In this document: positions 26,078 to 39,379 of the stretch, piece after piece
Layout of the letters: every line of letters begins with the position of its first letter
Position numbering within the stretch: position 1 is the stretch's first letter
NCBI RefSeq assembly: GCF_006345805.1
Contig: NC_043009.1
Span: forward strand, 6,200,001 to 6,264,000
Source of the DNA: Octopus sinensis
Taxonomy: Eukaryota
Direction of reading: 5' to 3'
DNA: 64,000 nucleotides
The notes under the pieces: generated by a model
Database searches by the model: none
What the model saw: the letters and a program-made list of their open reading frames with translations, nothing else
Told to the model about the DNA's origin: nothing
Program-made: the position numbers and the translations under genes

Positions 26078-26305
26078 ATATATATATAAGTATGTGTGTG
26101 TATGTTTGTGTGTCTGTGTTTGTCCCCCTAGCATTGCTTGACAACCGATGCTGGTGTGTTTACGTCCCCGTCACTTAGCGGTTCGGCAAAATAAGTACTG
26201 GGCTTACAAAGAATAAGTCCCGGGGTCGATTTGCTCTACTAAAGGCGGTGCTCCTGCATGGCCGCAGTCAAATGACTGAAACAAGTAAAAGAGAAAAGAG
26301 AGAGA
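25868..26305 (+). mobile_element. tRNA-derived SINE family A, full length, internal (TA)n-(TG)n
   Basis: Head AGGCGCAGGAGTTGCTGTGTAGTAAG (A-box-like) and GGGTTCAGTCCC (B-box-like). Body ...GACGGAAACTGAAAGAAGCC-(TA)n. Tail CATGGCCGCAGTCAAATGACTGAAACAAGTAAAAGAG. Confidence 0.9.
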
Positions 26306-26992
26306 TATGAATACATGAAATAACCACCGGTGTTACTTTGCCCCACACAGAAATTGTATGTGCTACTGATATGTTTTACTAGCGCTTTCAATTCCGTCAT
26401 AATGTTGGGAAACGTTCAGTACCACCATTGTGTCACAAGCGTTTCACTCTTTATCCTGTGTGTTTATCAGCTTGAGGTGGACATCGATGAGTAAATGTTC
26501 CACCTGAAAGGAGTATATTGGTCCTCGTTCATTAAAACACTCTGGGGGTACGAGTGTATCTCTTAATAATGGCTATAATAGATATGCAAAAATGTAAGCA
26601 TCTGCAGGCATACGTGTAAAACGGATATGCTTTCAACGATATACATCTTGTTGCTAATATTGATTCAAATGTTTGTGCTGGCAATAAAACAAAATAGGAT
26701 ACGCAAACCTTGATATTTATTTATATTTTCCTATACCTTATAAGGTTTCGAAGAAAACTTATTACACTTGATCAGGATAGTGCAAAATAATTTACAATTC
26801 CACAGTGTTATGTAAAGTATGTAAACATATATGAAATTTTGTCTGATCTAAATTTAATTTCGTCATAACAATATGTTAATTTTAAAGAGATATTTTCGTT
26901 TTAATAGCTTATTTTACTTAATTTTTTGTAATTGTCAAGAGCAGGAGCAGCAACAACTTCAGTGATAAATATAGTGTTGAATTATAATAGTA

Positions 26993-27499
26993 TTAGGCTG
27001 TCCGGAAAGTTCGTGCCGATTTATAGTAGGTTTCCTTAGAACATGGTTGAGTCCATAAAATAGGATTTTACTACACCTCGATTTTGAGCATAGTTATCGT
27101 AGGAAAAGGTTTATGTTCCTATAACCTGTGTTAATTCTGTAACCCTTTAAAATGGAAGATAAGAAAGTTTATTTTCGACAGTTGATGCTTTTGAAACCAG
27201 ACAAAAATTGCTGCAGCTCGGCTGGGATGTGTTACCCATTCCTCCATATTCACCACATATTGTTCCTTTGGATTTCCATTTATTCAGGTCTCTGAGAATA
27301 GTCTTAATTCGTTGGATGACGTAAAAAGATACCTTGATGAATTCTCTGCCATGAAATCACCTCAGTTCTGGGATGGCGGTATTTTCAAGTTAAAGGAAAG
27401 ATGGAGACGTATTGTGCAACAAAATGTTTGATATTTGGTTGATTAAAAATGTATTTATTCACCTTTATCTTTCCCTCGAACTTTACAGACAACCCAGTA
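26993..27499 (+). mobile_element. Internally deleted mariner (~507 bp) with both TIRs
   Basis: TA-TTAGGCTGTCCGGAAAGTTCG left TIR and degenerate right TIR CGAACTTTACAGACAACCCAG-TA. MEDKKVYFRQLMLL is joined to ETRQKLLQLGWDVLPIPPYSPHIVPLDFHLFRSL...KERWRRIVQQN. Confidence 0.85.
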
Positions 27500-27589
27500 A
27501 CAGCAGGAAGCAGAAAGAAACAGTGAGACATCGATGAAAATATGAGAAACAAAACTCGTTAAGATAATGATTGTGTTCAAGTGCACACT

Positions 27590-27912
27590 CACACACACAT
27601 GCACACATACATACATACATATATACATACATACATACATACTACATACATACATACATACATACATACATACATACATACATACATACATACACACATT
27701 GAGATATATTTCTCTTGCTTTCTGCAGTAAATGAATTGCGGCCACACTGAAATGACAAACTTCAAGGGTTTTGTCGAATAAATACACGCCACTACTTATC
27801 TTCTAGATTTGATGCTTATTCTGTTAGTATTTTATCTTTAAAACCGAAGCTATGGGTAATAATGAAATCTCTTGACAAGCAGTGAGTGGATGAAACAAGC
27901 GCCTACATAAGG

Positions 27913-27988
<76 letters not shown>

Positions 27989-28010
27989 TATATATATATA
28001 TATATATTAA
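27590..28010. repeat. (TACA)n and (CA)n-(TA)n microsatellites
   Basis: Direct reading at 27590-27700 and 27915-28008. Confidence 0.9.
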
Positions 28011-28199
28011 TAAAAGGAATTCCAACCTTGTCTGATTTTCACGTTTTATTTACAATCTTAAAATGATATAATATAATATAATATAATAAAATAAAATAAT
28101 AGAATGTTAAATGTTCATTCTGATTGAACTAGTACTTTCATGCATTAAATTATGCAATCTTCAGGTTCATGTAGTAGTTGGGACATTCATGCTTCACAA

Positions 28200-28211
28200 T
28201 TTTTTCCATAT

Positions 28212-28248
<37 letters not shown>

Positions 28249-28256
28249 GGAAAAAA
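28200..28256. repeat. Near-perfect palindrome TTTTTTCC-(AT)n-GGAAAAAA
   Basis: 8-bp inverted arms around a self-complementary (AT)n core with one interruption. Confidence 0.8.
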
Positions 28257-28473
28257 GTCAAGATAGAAAATGCTAAAATAATTTTATAAAAAGCATTTCA
28301 GTACCGGTTCCAGTCATTGAGACTTTTTCAACTTTATGTGTGGAAAACAATTAAATTTAGAAAAATTTAAAAAGTTCTTTTAAAAGAATGTTTTTATAGT
28401 GTTCAAATACAAGTGGCGTTATCCTTCTTTCCGCCTGTCTCTGTTTCTCTTGTTTACTCTTGTGTGTTCGAGG

Positions 28474-28615
<142 letters not shown>

Positions 28616-28860
28616 ACACGTACGAACACTAATGCACAGACACATGTATGTATAATAAGAGGCTTCTTTCTGGTTCCGTCTACGAAATCTCCCCATAAGG
28701 CTTTGCTGGCTCATGGCTTTTATTAAAGACATCTATCTAAATTGCGTACAGGGGAAATGAAGATGACCATATTGCTGTGAAGGAAATTCCACCTACGATA
28801 AATCCGTGTATGTATGTGTGAGTGTGTATGTACACATATGCATGTATGCTTATATATATG

Positions 28861-28909
<49 letters not shown>

Positions 28910-29479
28910 GCACATTTATGTTTATATATGTATATATACACGCATATGTATGTATAAATATGCGTGTGTATGTGTGTTCCAAATATTGCAAAAGTAGAAT
29001 TAATTATTTATGAATAATATTTTTAATGTGCATATGGTACACTGGTCATATTTCCTCTGGATGATCTGGTTGGGTTCTTAGCTAATTGCTAGTGAATGTT
29101 TTAAATTAAGAGCCAGAAAACCCATTTGCTATCCTGAAATATGAGGTCTGTAACAATTCAGGAATCTGCTAAAATGTAATGGTGACTGTGGAAGCAAACG
29201 TGCGTATGAATGTAATATATATATAGCCAAATATAATAATTGATGCATATACGCATATCCTCTATGGTATAAGAGTACATTTAGGTATGTATTAGTACGT
29301 GGGTGGTCTATATATGTTTACAGTCAGTGTTATTATTTCGATAGATATGACATTTTGTAGCTAAGCCGCTTGTGAATCGAGACTATGCATTGCTGCCCCC
29401 ACAATTTTTTATTGTCTTTGTAACGAAATCATACGGCTAGAATATTAGTTAACATTATATACTCCAGCTCAAAATTCTG

Positions 29480-29660
29480 CAAAATTCTGCTGGCAGAATT
29501 GTTAGTACGTCGGAAAAGATACTTAGAGGCACTTCACCTTTTCCGTTGTATGTTCAAACTCTGCCGTAGTCGACTTTGCCGTTTATTCTTTCGGGGTCGA
29601 TAAATAATTTACCAGTCGTGTTCTGAAGTCGATGTAATCAACTTTCCTCCTTACAAAAAT
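29480..29660 (+). mobile_element. SINE family B, degenerate
   Basis: GCTGGCAGAATTGTTAGTACG...GTTCAAACTCTGCCGTAGTCGACTTTGCC...CTTTCGGGGTCGATAAAT...GATGTAATCAAC. Confidence 0.7.
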
Positions 29661-29999
29661 TCTAAACCAATACTATAAACGTGAACAGGGTAATAGACGG
29701 GTTGTATAATGGTTGGATTTGACATTAAAATGCGTAATTTCTTGCCGGTTGACACTGCATTTACAACCAGGGACTCATACAACATATTATAATACATAAT
29801 GCTATAAACAAATAAATCCACTTTATTACTCAATTACACTCTCATTATAGTAGAATTGCATTTAAATATAAAAGGATGAATAATTTATAATATATATAGA
29901 GGATGAATAAAGAATGAAACTGTACCGAACTAAAAATCAAGAAAGAATATACGCGGGTCTGGTATTTAATCTCTCGATTCCTTATGCCGAGCCACTCAG

Positions 30000-30352
30000 T
30001 CACAGGGATTTAAACACACCAACACCGGTTCTCAGGCTTGTGTGTGGAATAAACATAGATACAGACACATACGCATATATATGTGTGTATATGTGTGTGT
30101 GGGCCTACGATATGCTTCTTTCAGTTTCCGTCTACCAAATCCACTCACAAGGATTCGGTCGGCTTAAGGCTATATTAGCAGACGTTTGCTCAAGGTTCCA
30201 CACAGTAGTAGTAGTAGTAGTAGTAGTAGTTAGTAGTAGTAGTACCAGCGCCATCCGGAGCGCCAGTCATGTTGTACTTTATCGTATTGTAGTTTGTGAG
30301 ACACGTGATTGGGAAGCAAGCTTCCTACTACACAGTCACGCATGCGCCTATA
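30000..30352 (-). mobile_element. SINE family A with a foreign ~97-bp (CTA)n-tailed insert replacing its B-box region
   Basis: Flanks align with 25868-26170 reversed. 30206-30302 is unrelated sequence with a (GTA)n run on +. Confidence 0.75.
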
Positions 30353-32299
30353 TATAAGTCTAATCTGTTTCATTTAAATCCGAAATGTTATTTGGATATA
30401 TGTTATAGAATGCAGCGATTATGATCGTAAACAGGAAACTGGCGGTTATTGATCTCAGAACTCCAAGAACCGACACAGAATATGAAGTCCAGAATTTTCG
30501 GTTTATTACTCTTCTTATTCCATTCATAATATATACCATTGGGATATGAGCTAAATCACATTATTTAGCCGCTGATGAGAAGTCGCGATATTTCGACTAT
30601 TCATTCCTGAAATTAATAACATTCGTAAACCTGGAATTGCAATTCTTAAAACAATGAAATTACAATTTAAGAGAATTATTGAATTGGAATGTACAATATC
30701 ATCAGTTGGCTTTTGATATTTTATTCTCCAGTTCGAACAGTTGTAGTTTTATTTGAATCGTTAATAACATCAGTTCTTGCCATTTTCTTTTCTTTCCTAT
30801 TAGGAATCATGTTCTGTTCTGATATTCATAGAACATCGAAATTATTTGTTTTAGAAGAATCATCACCCTAAAGAAAACAAACAATCAGTAAATAGGAAAC
30901 GAAAAGAATGAATCATTTTTTATGACAAAATATATCACTCTGACGGAGAAAATGTTGTCAAACTTGGAAATTATTCTCTCTACAATAATAATAATGTTCA
31001 TTAAAGTCGCTTGCTAAATTAGCGGAAAACCTAATTTGTCACCGTTTTCAACGAGATGAAATAAACAATTTCTCTCCGTGCATATACAAACATATCACGA
31101 AGTTTAGCAATTGTTTTATTACATTTCGCTTGTTGGTCGGCTTAGATCACCCATACAAGCGGAAAATAATCAAATAAATCAATTTTGTAAATGCATGAAG
31201 AATCGATAGAGCATCTGATCTGGACATTCAGACGCTGCACTAAGGATTTTCGCATCACGTTCCATAATGCTTCTTGGATTAGGGTTCTATGCTAATTTGC
31301 ATTTAAGCGACTTATTGATCGACGGTGGGGTTGATGTCGAAGAAAATTTCGATTCAGGAATATCCCCTCTTCTGTTCAGTTAAAGAAAATCACAGTTAAT
31401 CTTCAGAGAATGTTACTTGAATGTGAATAGAAATGAAAGCATACAAGTGGACAACAAGTTGAATTCTTCTAACCGGATATTAGCAATCGTTTTAAACTAG
31501 TAGAAACCATGCAGAAATCTCCTAAAACAACGGCAATCACTTTCCACTCTCATTCGCTATAGTTTATTCAGTTCTGTAGCTAAAGATAGATTATTTGCCT
31601 TATTTTACAGTTATTCTGTGTAGTTTTGATTCTGTTACCATATAGAAATAGTAACAGAATCCATAACTCTTTACATTTTCCCTATATAAATTCCATAACT
31701 TTCAAATGCTCTCTATTAAATACATTGTGTCTATAGATACATATTTCTACCAGAAGAACATGATTTATTTCAATGTTGTTTTTCCATATTTTACGATATT
31801 AAAAAAAGAATCTAATATGCTCATCGTCTTCAAATATGTGACAGTGGCTGGGGGCAAAATATATCAATAGTATCAGCACCACCGTAATTTTCGTTGTCAA
31901 CCTCACCATCGTATTTGTAGTTCTGTTGTGTTTTCTAGAAGCAGACGTCATCATTATAACGACATCTTTGGAGCATTAATCTTTTCATTTAGAAAATAAT
32001 TATAATCTTATTATTATTATTATCTTCCTTCCTCCTTACATATGTTTCTTACTTCAGGCTCTGTTGTTGGCTTTAGTGAAAGCGCAAAACATGTTTGTTT
32101 GTTTCTTTTGTTCGTATTTTATAGATATATATATTCTAGTTTGCCTTTATTACTTACTACGTATGTTTGTAATCTTTCAGTCAATAATATCTAGTAAAAA
32201 TGTCTACTGTTGCAGCGCATTCCCTATTTGCCTGTATTCAGAGAAAAATATGTTTTGTTGGAATATCTTAAGCGGAAATGTCATTATTTTTCTGGATTT

Positions 32300-34400
32300 C
32301 AAATCTTGTTTGGTTATTATACTAACTTCAAACTGAAAATATTGTAAACATAAGACTTTTTTTTCAATTTCTGCGCCAAATAATGTAATGATACAAATTA
32401 CTTACATCTTCCGTCTTCCACATTTGTAATAGCTTACCTAACGTTCCCATGATAATCATACCTAATATATGCTTTCAATTTTTTTTCTTTCTGCTTTGCA
32501 CTTTGTGTAGTTCAGTAATATTTAAGCCTGTAAGCCAAATTATATTACCACAGTCTCTTTATCTAATATATTACATCTCCCTATTTATGTTCGTCTCTTT
32601 TCGCCTAGCTATTTTCAAAACTAAAAACATGTCATATGTCTATCTTGGTTTCCAGTCTTTCTTTATTTCCATCGTACACCTTGAGTTCATAGATGTGAAG
32701 GATTGGTATATCTGGTTTTATTTATAGTTTTCTGCTTCGTTTTCTGTCATTTGAATGTTATTTCAATTATTTGTTTTGAAATAACGCATCCATTGCTAAT
32801 TCTTTTCTGATCCCTAATTTTACCACTCTTATAAACAGCTTGTTTGTTGTACCGTAATATGCATATTCGCCTCCAGTTTTGGTTAGTATATTGATTTCGC
32901 AACAGGCAGAAAAATAAATGCCAACCGAATACCCTTAGATTATTAATTTTTCCAAGAAGAAAAAAAAAACATCTAAGATTCTTCTCAATAATTCTGTTAC
33001 GATCGGTCCTACTAAATTATTGTACCTGATAGATATTTCCTCTTCGCGGCTGAAACTGATATTTTTCTTCCATGTCTTTTCTATTTATCCTTAATATATC
33101 AGCCATTTCTTAAAGACGTGTATGTTAAACTCAGGAATGTCCAGGCAGCGTGTTTATTTTTTTGAAACATTATAACCGATGCCAATAAATTCACTCTCTG
33201 TAGGACACCTCGGAAGTTCGTCTTTTTTTCGTGGCAGTTGGTGCTAAAATTACTTCTGATTTTTACCAATTCTTTCTAAAATTGCAATAGATTTTAATAG
33301 AATTCGTCGTGTATTTCAGTCAAATTTTGTTGGTTTTATCCTGAAGAATTTACTCTTTACTACAGGATATACAAGTAACATTTATATTAGAATTCTCAAA
33401 TTTTTGGTAGTGATACTTGGAACGTTTTTCTTTAGCATACTGACATTTTCTTCCTCGTTAGATTATTTACATTTTTGCCTTCATTTACAAGTAATACATC
33501 CTATATATTTATTCCCAACATTTATGCATCTACTCCATTTTTATGTCGTTTAAAATGGTTAAAATTTTGCTTGATGATTACTCTGTTCTGATTATGATGT
33601 ATACAGGTCACTTACCAGGTTGTCCCTGCTAAACATTTAAATATTGACTAAATTGTTTCTATTTTGCCTCTAAAAATGTATTTGTCCACAGACTCTCCCC
33701 CGCTTCAGCTTCTATCAGTTTTCTCTTACATCTGAATAAATGGGCTGGGGTAGATTACCCAGGAAGGAATACAGTTAAGTTGCGACAATATAACGAATGG
33801 GTTATAGCATTATTTACTTTATTTTTGAAGTGTTTCCTTTGAGATAATTATCATATTCATTTGTTAGATATCCTTTGGCTGCACATATCTCTTTTATATT
33901 TTACTGGTCGATATGCATTGTATATGCCAAGGTTTAATTCTATTGTGTTGTGGTAATTCTTTTGTATTGTTTACTTACATTATGCTAGTTGTTAATTTAT
34001 ATCTTCATTGTTTTCTAGTTTGAATGCTCTTTTGTATAATCTCATTGATACTATTTCGGTGTGTTTGTTATTGTATTTTTGCTGTTGTTTTATGTCTGGT
34101 GTTCTCTTTCTCATTATTTAATTATTTAACATGTTCTGATCCAACATTGATTAGTTTTATATTCTGTACATATATCAGACGGACAATTTAAAAGAAGTAG
34201 TCATGATTTGATGGTAACATTCACCTATAGACCAGGAACATATCGCAAAAATGAATTTGTATAGGATCCATTTTGTTTTACTTGTTCACTTACTCACTGA
34301 AATCGGGTCTCTTGTTTCTGTTGTCTATTTGTTTCCGTTCAATCATAACCTCCATGATAAGTACACTTGAAGTTTGGAGGATCAACGGTCACATTTCCCA
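32300..34400 (-). mobile_element. Very old, degraded LINE (CR1-like) ORF2 remnant
   Basis: A-rich minus strand. Around 33160-33215 it reads GVLQR-LLASVIMF, loosely like RT motif GVPQGSVLAPxMF. Many stops and frameshifts. Confidence 0.35.
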
Positions 34401-35024
34401 TATTTAAATTCGGTCTAATGTTAAGGCTTTACTCTTTTGCTTGCCGTTTATGTATCCTTTTTAGCCGATATTCTGTTATTATTTAATTTGTGACCTTTAA
34501 CGTTTCTTAATGTGAGACCTTTCTAAAAAATATATAAGCTTGTGTAAATTTTGGAGAATCTGTCGCTACTTTCCTCTAGAACACAACGACAACATGTCGC
34601 TTCTGATAGGTAAACACTGATTGACTGCAGCGAAGAAGAATAGAAAGCAGTGATACCTCCCATGAGGAACTACTATAACCACTTATACATTTTGAACTAT
34701 GTAAATCAGCTAATAAAAAAAAAAATATGCCCGACTTCGGATTAATTTCAGACCAATTTTCGTATAGAATAAAATAAAAGGAATATCATGGCTTTAAAGG
34801 GTAAAATCATATAAAGAGCGGTTGGGCTGAAGCTTGCAAATCTGAACAGGCGCTATACGCACTTCGTGATAAGGCATTGCTGCTGTTGTAACTTACTTCA
34901 ACAGAATATTAGTAATCTACACAGTTGCTAATATATGAATCCAAACGTAATGTAAATTGAACGTCTATCATTCGCAAGTTTGAAAATACGTGAAACATCA
35001 ACTGTTTCATACTTTACAAATTAG

Positions 35025-35135
35025 GAAGATACAGAATCTAAAAGAAATCTACACTCGTGATACGAATGACAACAATGCACTGTTTCGAGATAACATGCCT
35101 TGTAGCGAATTACACGCAATTTCAAAACCTCTCAG
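35025..35135 (+). CDS. Candidate 111-nt symmetric internal exon (KIQNLKEIYTRDTNDNNALFRDNMPCSELHAISKPL)
   Basis: Acceptor TTTCATACTTTACAAATTAG| and donor CAG|GTACGT. Phase 2-2 with a single open frame. No homolog recognised. Confidence 0.3.
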
Positions 35136-35630
35136 GTACGTATTGTCATCATCAGTTGCAGAGGAATCTTCAATGGATGTTTTCATGAAACTAGATGCCA
35201 ATACAAATTCAGATTATACTTAACTTCTCGAGTTCAGCAATTCACGTCACAGAACAAGAGGGTTGATTTCAAAGCACCATTTGAACAAGCCTCTATATTT
35301 CTTCATAAAGCTATCTTTCATTACGTCACATATTCATCTTCTATATATGCAAGTAAACATCTGTGTATATGTGTCTGTGTGTGTGTCTATAATATCGTAT
35401 CATAACACATATTTTCTAAATATATTATATATATATTATATATATATATATACATATATATATACATACATATACATATATGTATATATACACACAGACA
35501 CTTATGCATGTGTGTATATATATATATATATATTATATATATATACGCATGCATAAATATACATGTTATATATATATGTATATATACATATATATATATC
35601 TATACACACACACACACACCACACCATATA

Positions 35631-35675
<45 letters not shown>

Positions 35676-36261
35676 GCGTGTGTATAAGTGTGGGGGTGTT
35701 GTAGATATGCATGCACGCACGCATGTGCGTGTACGTGTTCGTGGAAGAGAGATACTTATGTCAATACACAAAAAATTATGATTATAAAATGCATGTATTT
35801 ATTACGTATGTATTTGTACGTAGGTTTTTATCCTGTTCGTTCTTGACTTTTTTTTCTGTTGTGTTAAATATAAAATGGACGATAAGAATAAGCATGAAAC
35901 ATTATGACCAAGTGGATTTTTGCCATTGATTATAGAGTATAAGATTACTCCTATTCATTTTTATCTCTCTGCTACATTTTTTTTCTCCTTCTCCACTTGA
36001 ATATGAGCCTTCGACAAATCAGAGAGAAATCGATGCAATGTGAAGTGCTGTATGCCAATACAAAGTGGAAATAAAATTTATGAAGAAGAGAAACTTCAGC
36101 GTTCACGCCAGAGGCTTAGCTTTTCTAACTTAAACAAAGTAACAATTCACTTCACTCAAATTGTTAAGGCAGCTTTTTGAAATAAAAAAAATGGATATTT
36201 CTCAAAAAAACTGTACATATTCTCTTTCCTAGTCCATATTTGTCATACATACTAGCGATAT

Positions 36262-36292
36262 TCTTCATATTCTTCTTCTTCTTCTTCTTCTT

Positions 36293-36323
<31 letters not shown>

Positions 36324-36846
36324 TTCTTCTTCTTCTTCTTCTTCTCTTCTTATTCTTCTTCTTTTCTTCCTCTTATTAGTTTCTTCTTCTTATTCTTCTG
36401 CTTCTTCTTCTCTTCTTCAGCCTCATCTACTTCTCCTTTTTTTCTTCTTTTTTTTCTTTTCTTCTTCTTCTTCTTTTCTTCTGCTTCTTCTTCTTCTTAT
36501 TCTTCTTCTTCTTCTTATTCTTCTGCTTCTTCTTCTTCTCTTCGGCCTCATCTACTTCTCCTGTTTTCTTCTTCTTTTCTTCTTCTTATTCTCTTCTTCT
36601 TCTTCTTCTTTCTTCTTCTTCTTCTTCTTCTCTTCTTCTTCTGCTGCTTCTTCTTCTTCTCTTCTTCTGCTTCTTCTTCTTCTCTTCTTTTCTTCTTATT
36701 CTTCTTCTTCTTCTCTCGTCTTCTTTTTCTCTTCGTCATCATCATAATCGTCAACATCATCATCATCATTATTATTATTATTGACATCCTTACTGCTGTC
36801 GCTGTTTTGATTGTTTTTATGATTGCTGCTTTGTCGTTCTTGTTCT

Positions 36847-36891
<45 letters not shown>

Positions 36892-36984
36892 AGTAGTAGT
36901 AGTAGTGGTAGCAGCAGCGGCAGCAGGCGCAGCAGCAGCAGCAGGCGCAGCAGCAGCAGCAGGCGCAGCAGCAGCAGCAGCAAC

Positions 36985-37039
<55 letters not shown>

Positions 37040-37040
37040 A
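36262..37040. repeat. Degenerate (TTC)n polypyrimidine tract, then (TCA), (AGT)n, an 18-bp GCA-rich unit x3 and (AGT)n
   Basis: Direct reading. GCAGCAGCAGCAGCAGGC-type units at about 36911-36980. Confidence 0.95.
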
Positions 37041-38289
37041 CAGTAGCACCAGTGATATGGTACTTTATGGTGTTGAATTTTGGGAGCAATTGTATTTTTT
37101 CTAAATTCCTCTATCTTGCATTTTATTTCGTTTTGGTATTTGGTTTGCAAGATTATTTATGTGAGTTAGTGTGTTGAAGCATATACTGTTGGGTCTAGAG
37201 AGAGGCATTTCTTTTTATCCCACCGTTAAATTTCCACTTATTTCTTCTTTTTTTTAGTTTCCTAAAGTTTTAGTTCTGTCTTGCAAACTTTTCAATAAGA
37301 AATAAGAGGAAATTTTGCCGGTGAGTGTGTTAAATTATAAGGCACAAAAAGGAAATTACTCTAGCTTGCATTTTTCTAGAAATCTTGTCCAATACATTTC
37401 AATCATACTTCTGATGTGAAATATACTTCAACATTCTACAATAGTAATCTCACTAGATATTGTAGCTCTAACTAAATCCTGACATATATATGCGTATACA
37501 AGGTACAATGACTGTGATGATAACACTCGATTTGCCGCATTCACGCCGTCTAGCTCTTACAAAGATGTGTTTCTCCTTCATAGTACGTGAAGATCATCCC
37601 GATTGTCATTCGCAGTTGCATTAGATACCTGTTTATGCTTTCAATAAGTCTGTGTATGTCACTTAATATTATGCATGGTTGAGTAAAGAACATATTTTAT
37701 TCTTTGTATTAAGAGTTTCTGTTATTTTTCTCGGTTGATTTATGTTATAGTTATTTGAAAATTCCAGACACCAACACGAAACAGATCATTTGCTTGACAA
37801 TTAATACTAATATTATATCTGAACGTGTGTTAAAAAATTACTTAATAGTAATTGCTTCCGGTTGCACTATTTCGTTTCGGCTATTGAAAACAAATGCAAT
37901 TCTTTTAGGAAACATATACATCTGTATCTAAGTTAAATGCAGGAATTTGTAAATAAAGAAACAAATAATGCCATACATGATTACCACTTGAAATTACTTT
38001 AATTATTAAGTAATTTAAAATGTATATTCTATACATTCTTTTTCTCTTTTCATAATTTTGTAGAGAAAATTGTAATGTCGCCAAATACTATGAAGAAATA
38101 ATAATGTCCCTTGTTTTAACTCTGTCATAAGCTGTGGTGTCGGCTAGAGGGCACCACATCTCATTTCATGACAGAAGCGAAAGTTGAAATATTGTCTAAA
38201 TATATTGATCTCGAAATCAACGTTCGTAACGAGTTATCTGACAAATTATATATCAGTTTGGAGATATACATTTCTTATGTTTGACTTCT

Positions 38290-38480
38290 TTCTGTTGTTA
38301 GACTGCAGCCAAGCTGGTTCGACGCCTTGACGTGTTTTACTCGAAGAAACCGAACCCGGTACACATTCTATCGGCTGCTTTTTGGAGCACTGCTAAGTTA
38401 AGGTTGCGTAAACAAACTAACACCGTTTACCAAGCGGTGGTGGTGTACAAACAAAAAGAACACGCACATACACGCAAATA

Positions 38481-38546
<66 letters not shown>

Positions 38547-38577
38547 GTATATATACATGTATACATATATATACTAT

Positions 38578-38622
<45 letters not shown>

Positions 38623-38672
38623 CATATATACATATATATATATACATTTATATACATACACACACACACACA

Positions 38673-38720
<48 letters not shown>

Positions 38721-38885
38721 GTTCTATATATGTATATGTATGCAATGGACTGCTTTCAGTATCGGTCTGCCAAATCCACTCACAAGCAATGAACCCGTAA
38801 TCGTAGTAGGAGAAACTTGTCCAAGTGAATGACTACGGATCCATGCGGTAGGGAAGCACGCTTCTTATCACACAACCATGCATGC
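38290..38885 (-). mobile_element. Degenerate SINE family A with expanded internal (TA)n/(CA)n
   Basis: Tail-like 38290-38460, microsatellite 38480-38745, head-like 38750-38885 (CTTTCAGT...CAAATCCACTCACAAG). Confidence 0.65.
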
Positions 38886-39379
38886 GTTTTAAATAATATC
38901 TATAGCTGGGTTGCTAAATAAGTAGTTCGATATCATTCAGTAAAATCTATTGGTAAATAATTGTGTGCTAATCCATATTTATTACTATACATACATTTTC
39001 TTCCTCAGAACCCCCAAATTACATCACTTACATAAAAACCTATGACATATGAATTCAATTTCATAAAAGTGCTAGCTATATCTAAAACTTACAAACTCAC
39101 GCATACGTGTAGGCCGTCGATCTTATATATAACTTCATTTTAATATCCATCTGAAAGTCAATTATAGTATTTAATAAAGCATTCTCTTTTGATTTAGAAC
39201 AAGAAATAACTTAAAACTAAATGTCAGTAAGCAACAAAAAGTTTATAACGGTAGCAATTTCAAAAATGTTAATAAAATTTTGCATAACCGTTTACCATGA
39301 TATTTTTAGTCCCACTTCAGTTTTAATCCAAGTAGTTACCGGTTGCTATATTGCATTTAAATATCTCAAAAATAAATTA

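Noticed and set aside
30572-30605. CTGATGA followed by an AGTCG/CGACT hairpin
   Set aside because: No GAAA after the stem, so it is not a hammerhead core.
38141-38154. CTCF-like motif CGGCTAGAGGGCAC
   Set aside because: A single partial match. It is expected by chance in 64 kb and cannot be supported without ChIP or conservation data.
38310-38380. Exon-like segment [19 protein letters not shown]
   Set aside because: It lies within the decayed tail of a minus-strand family A SINE.
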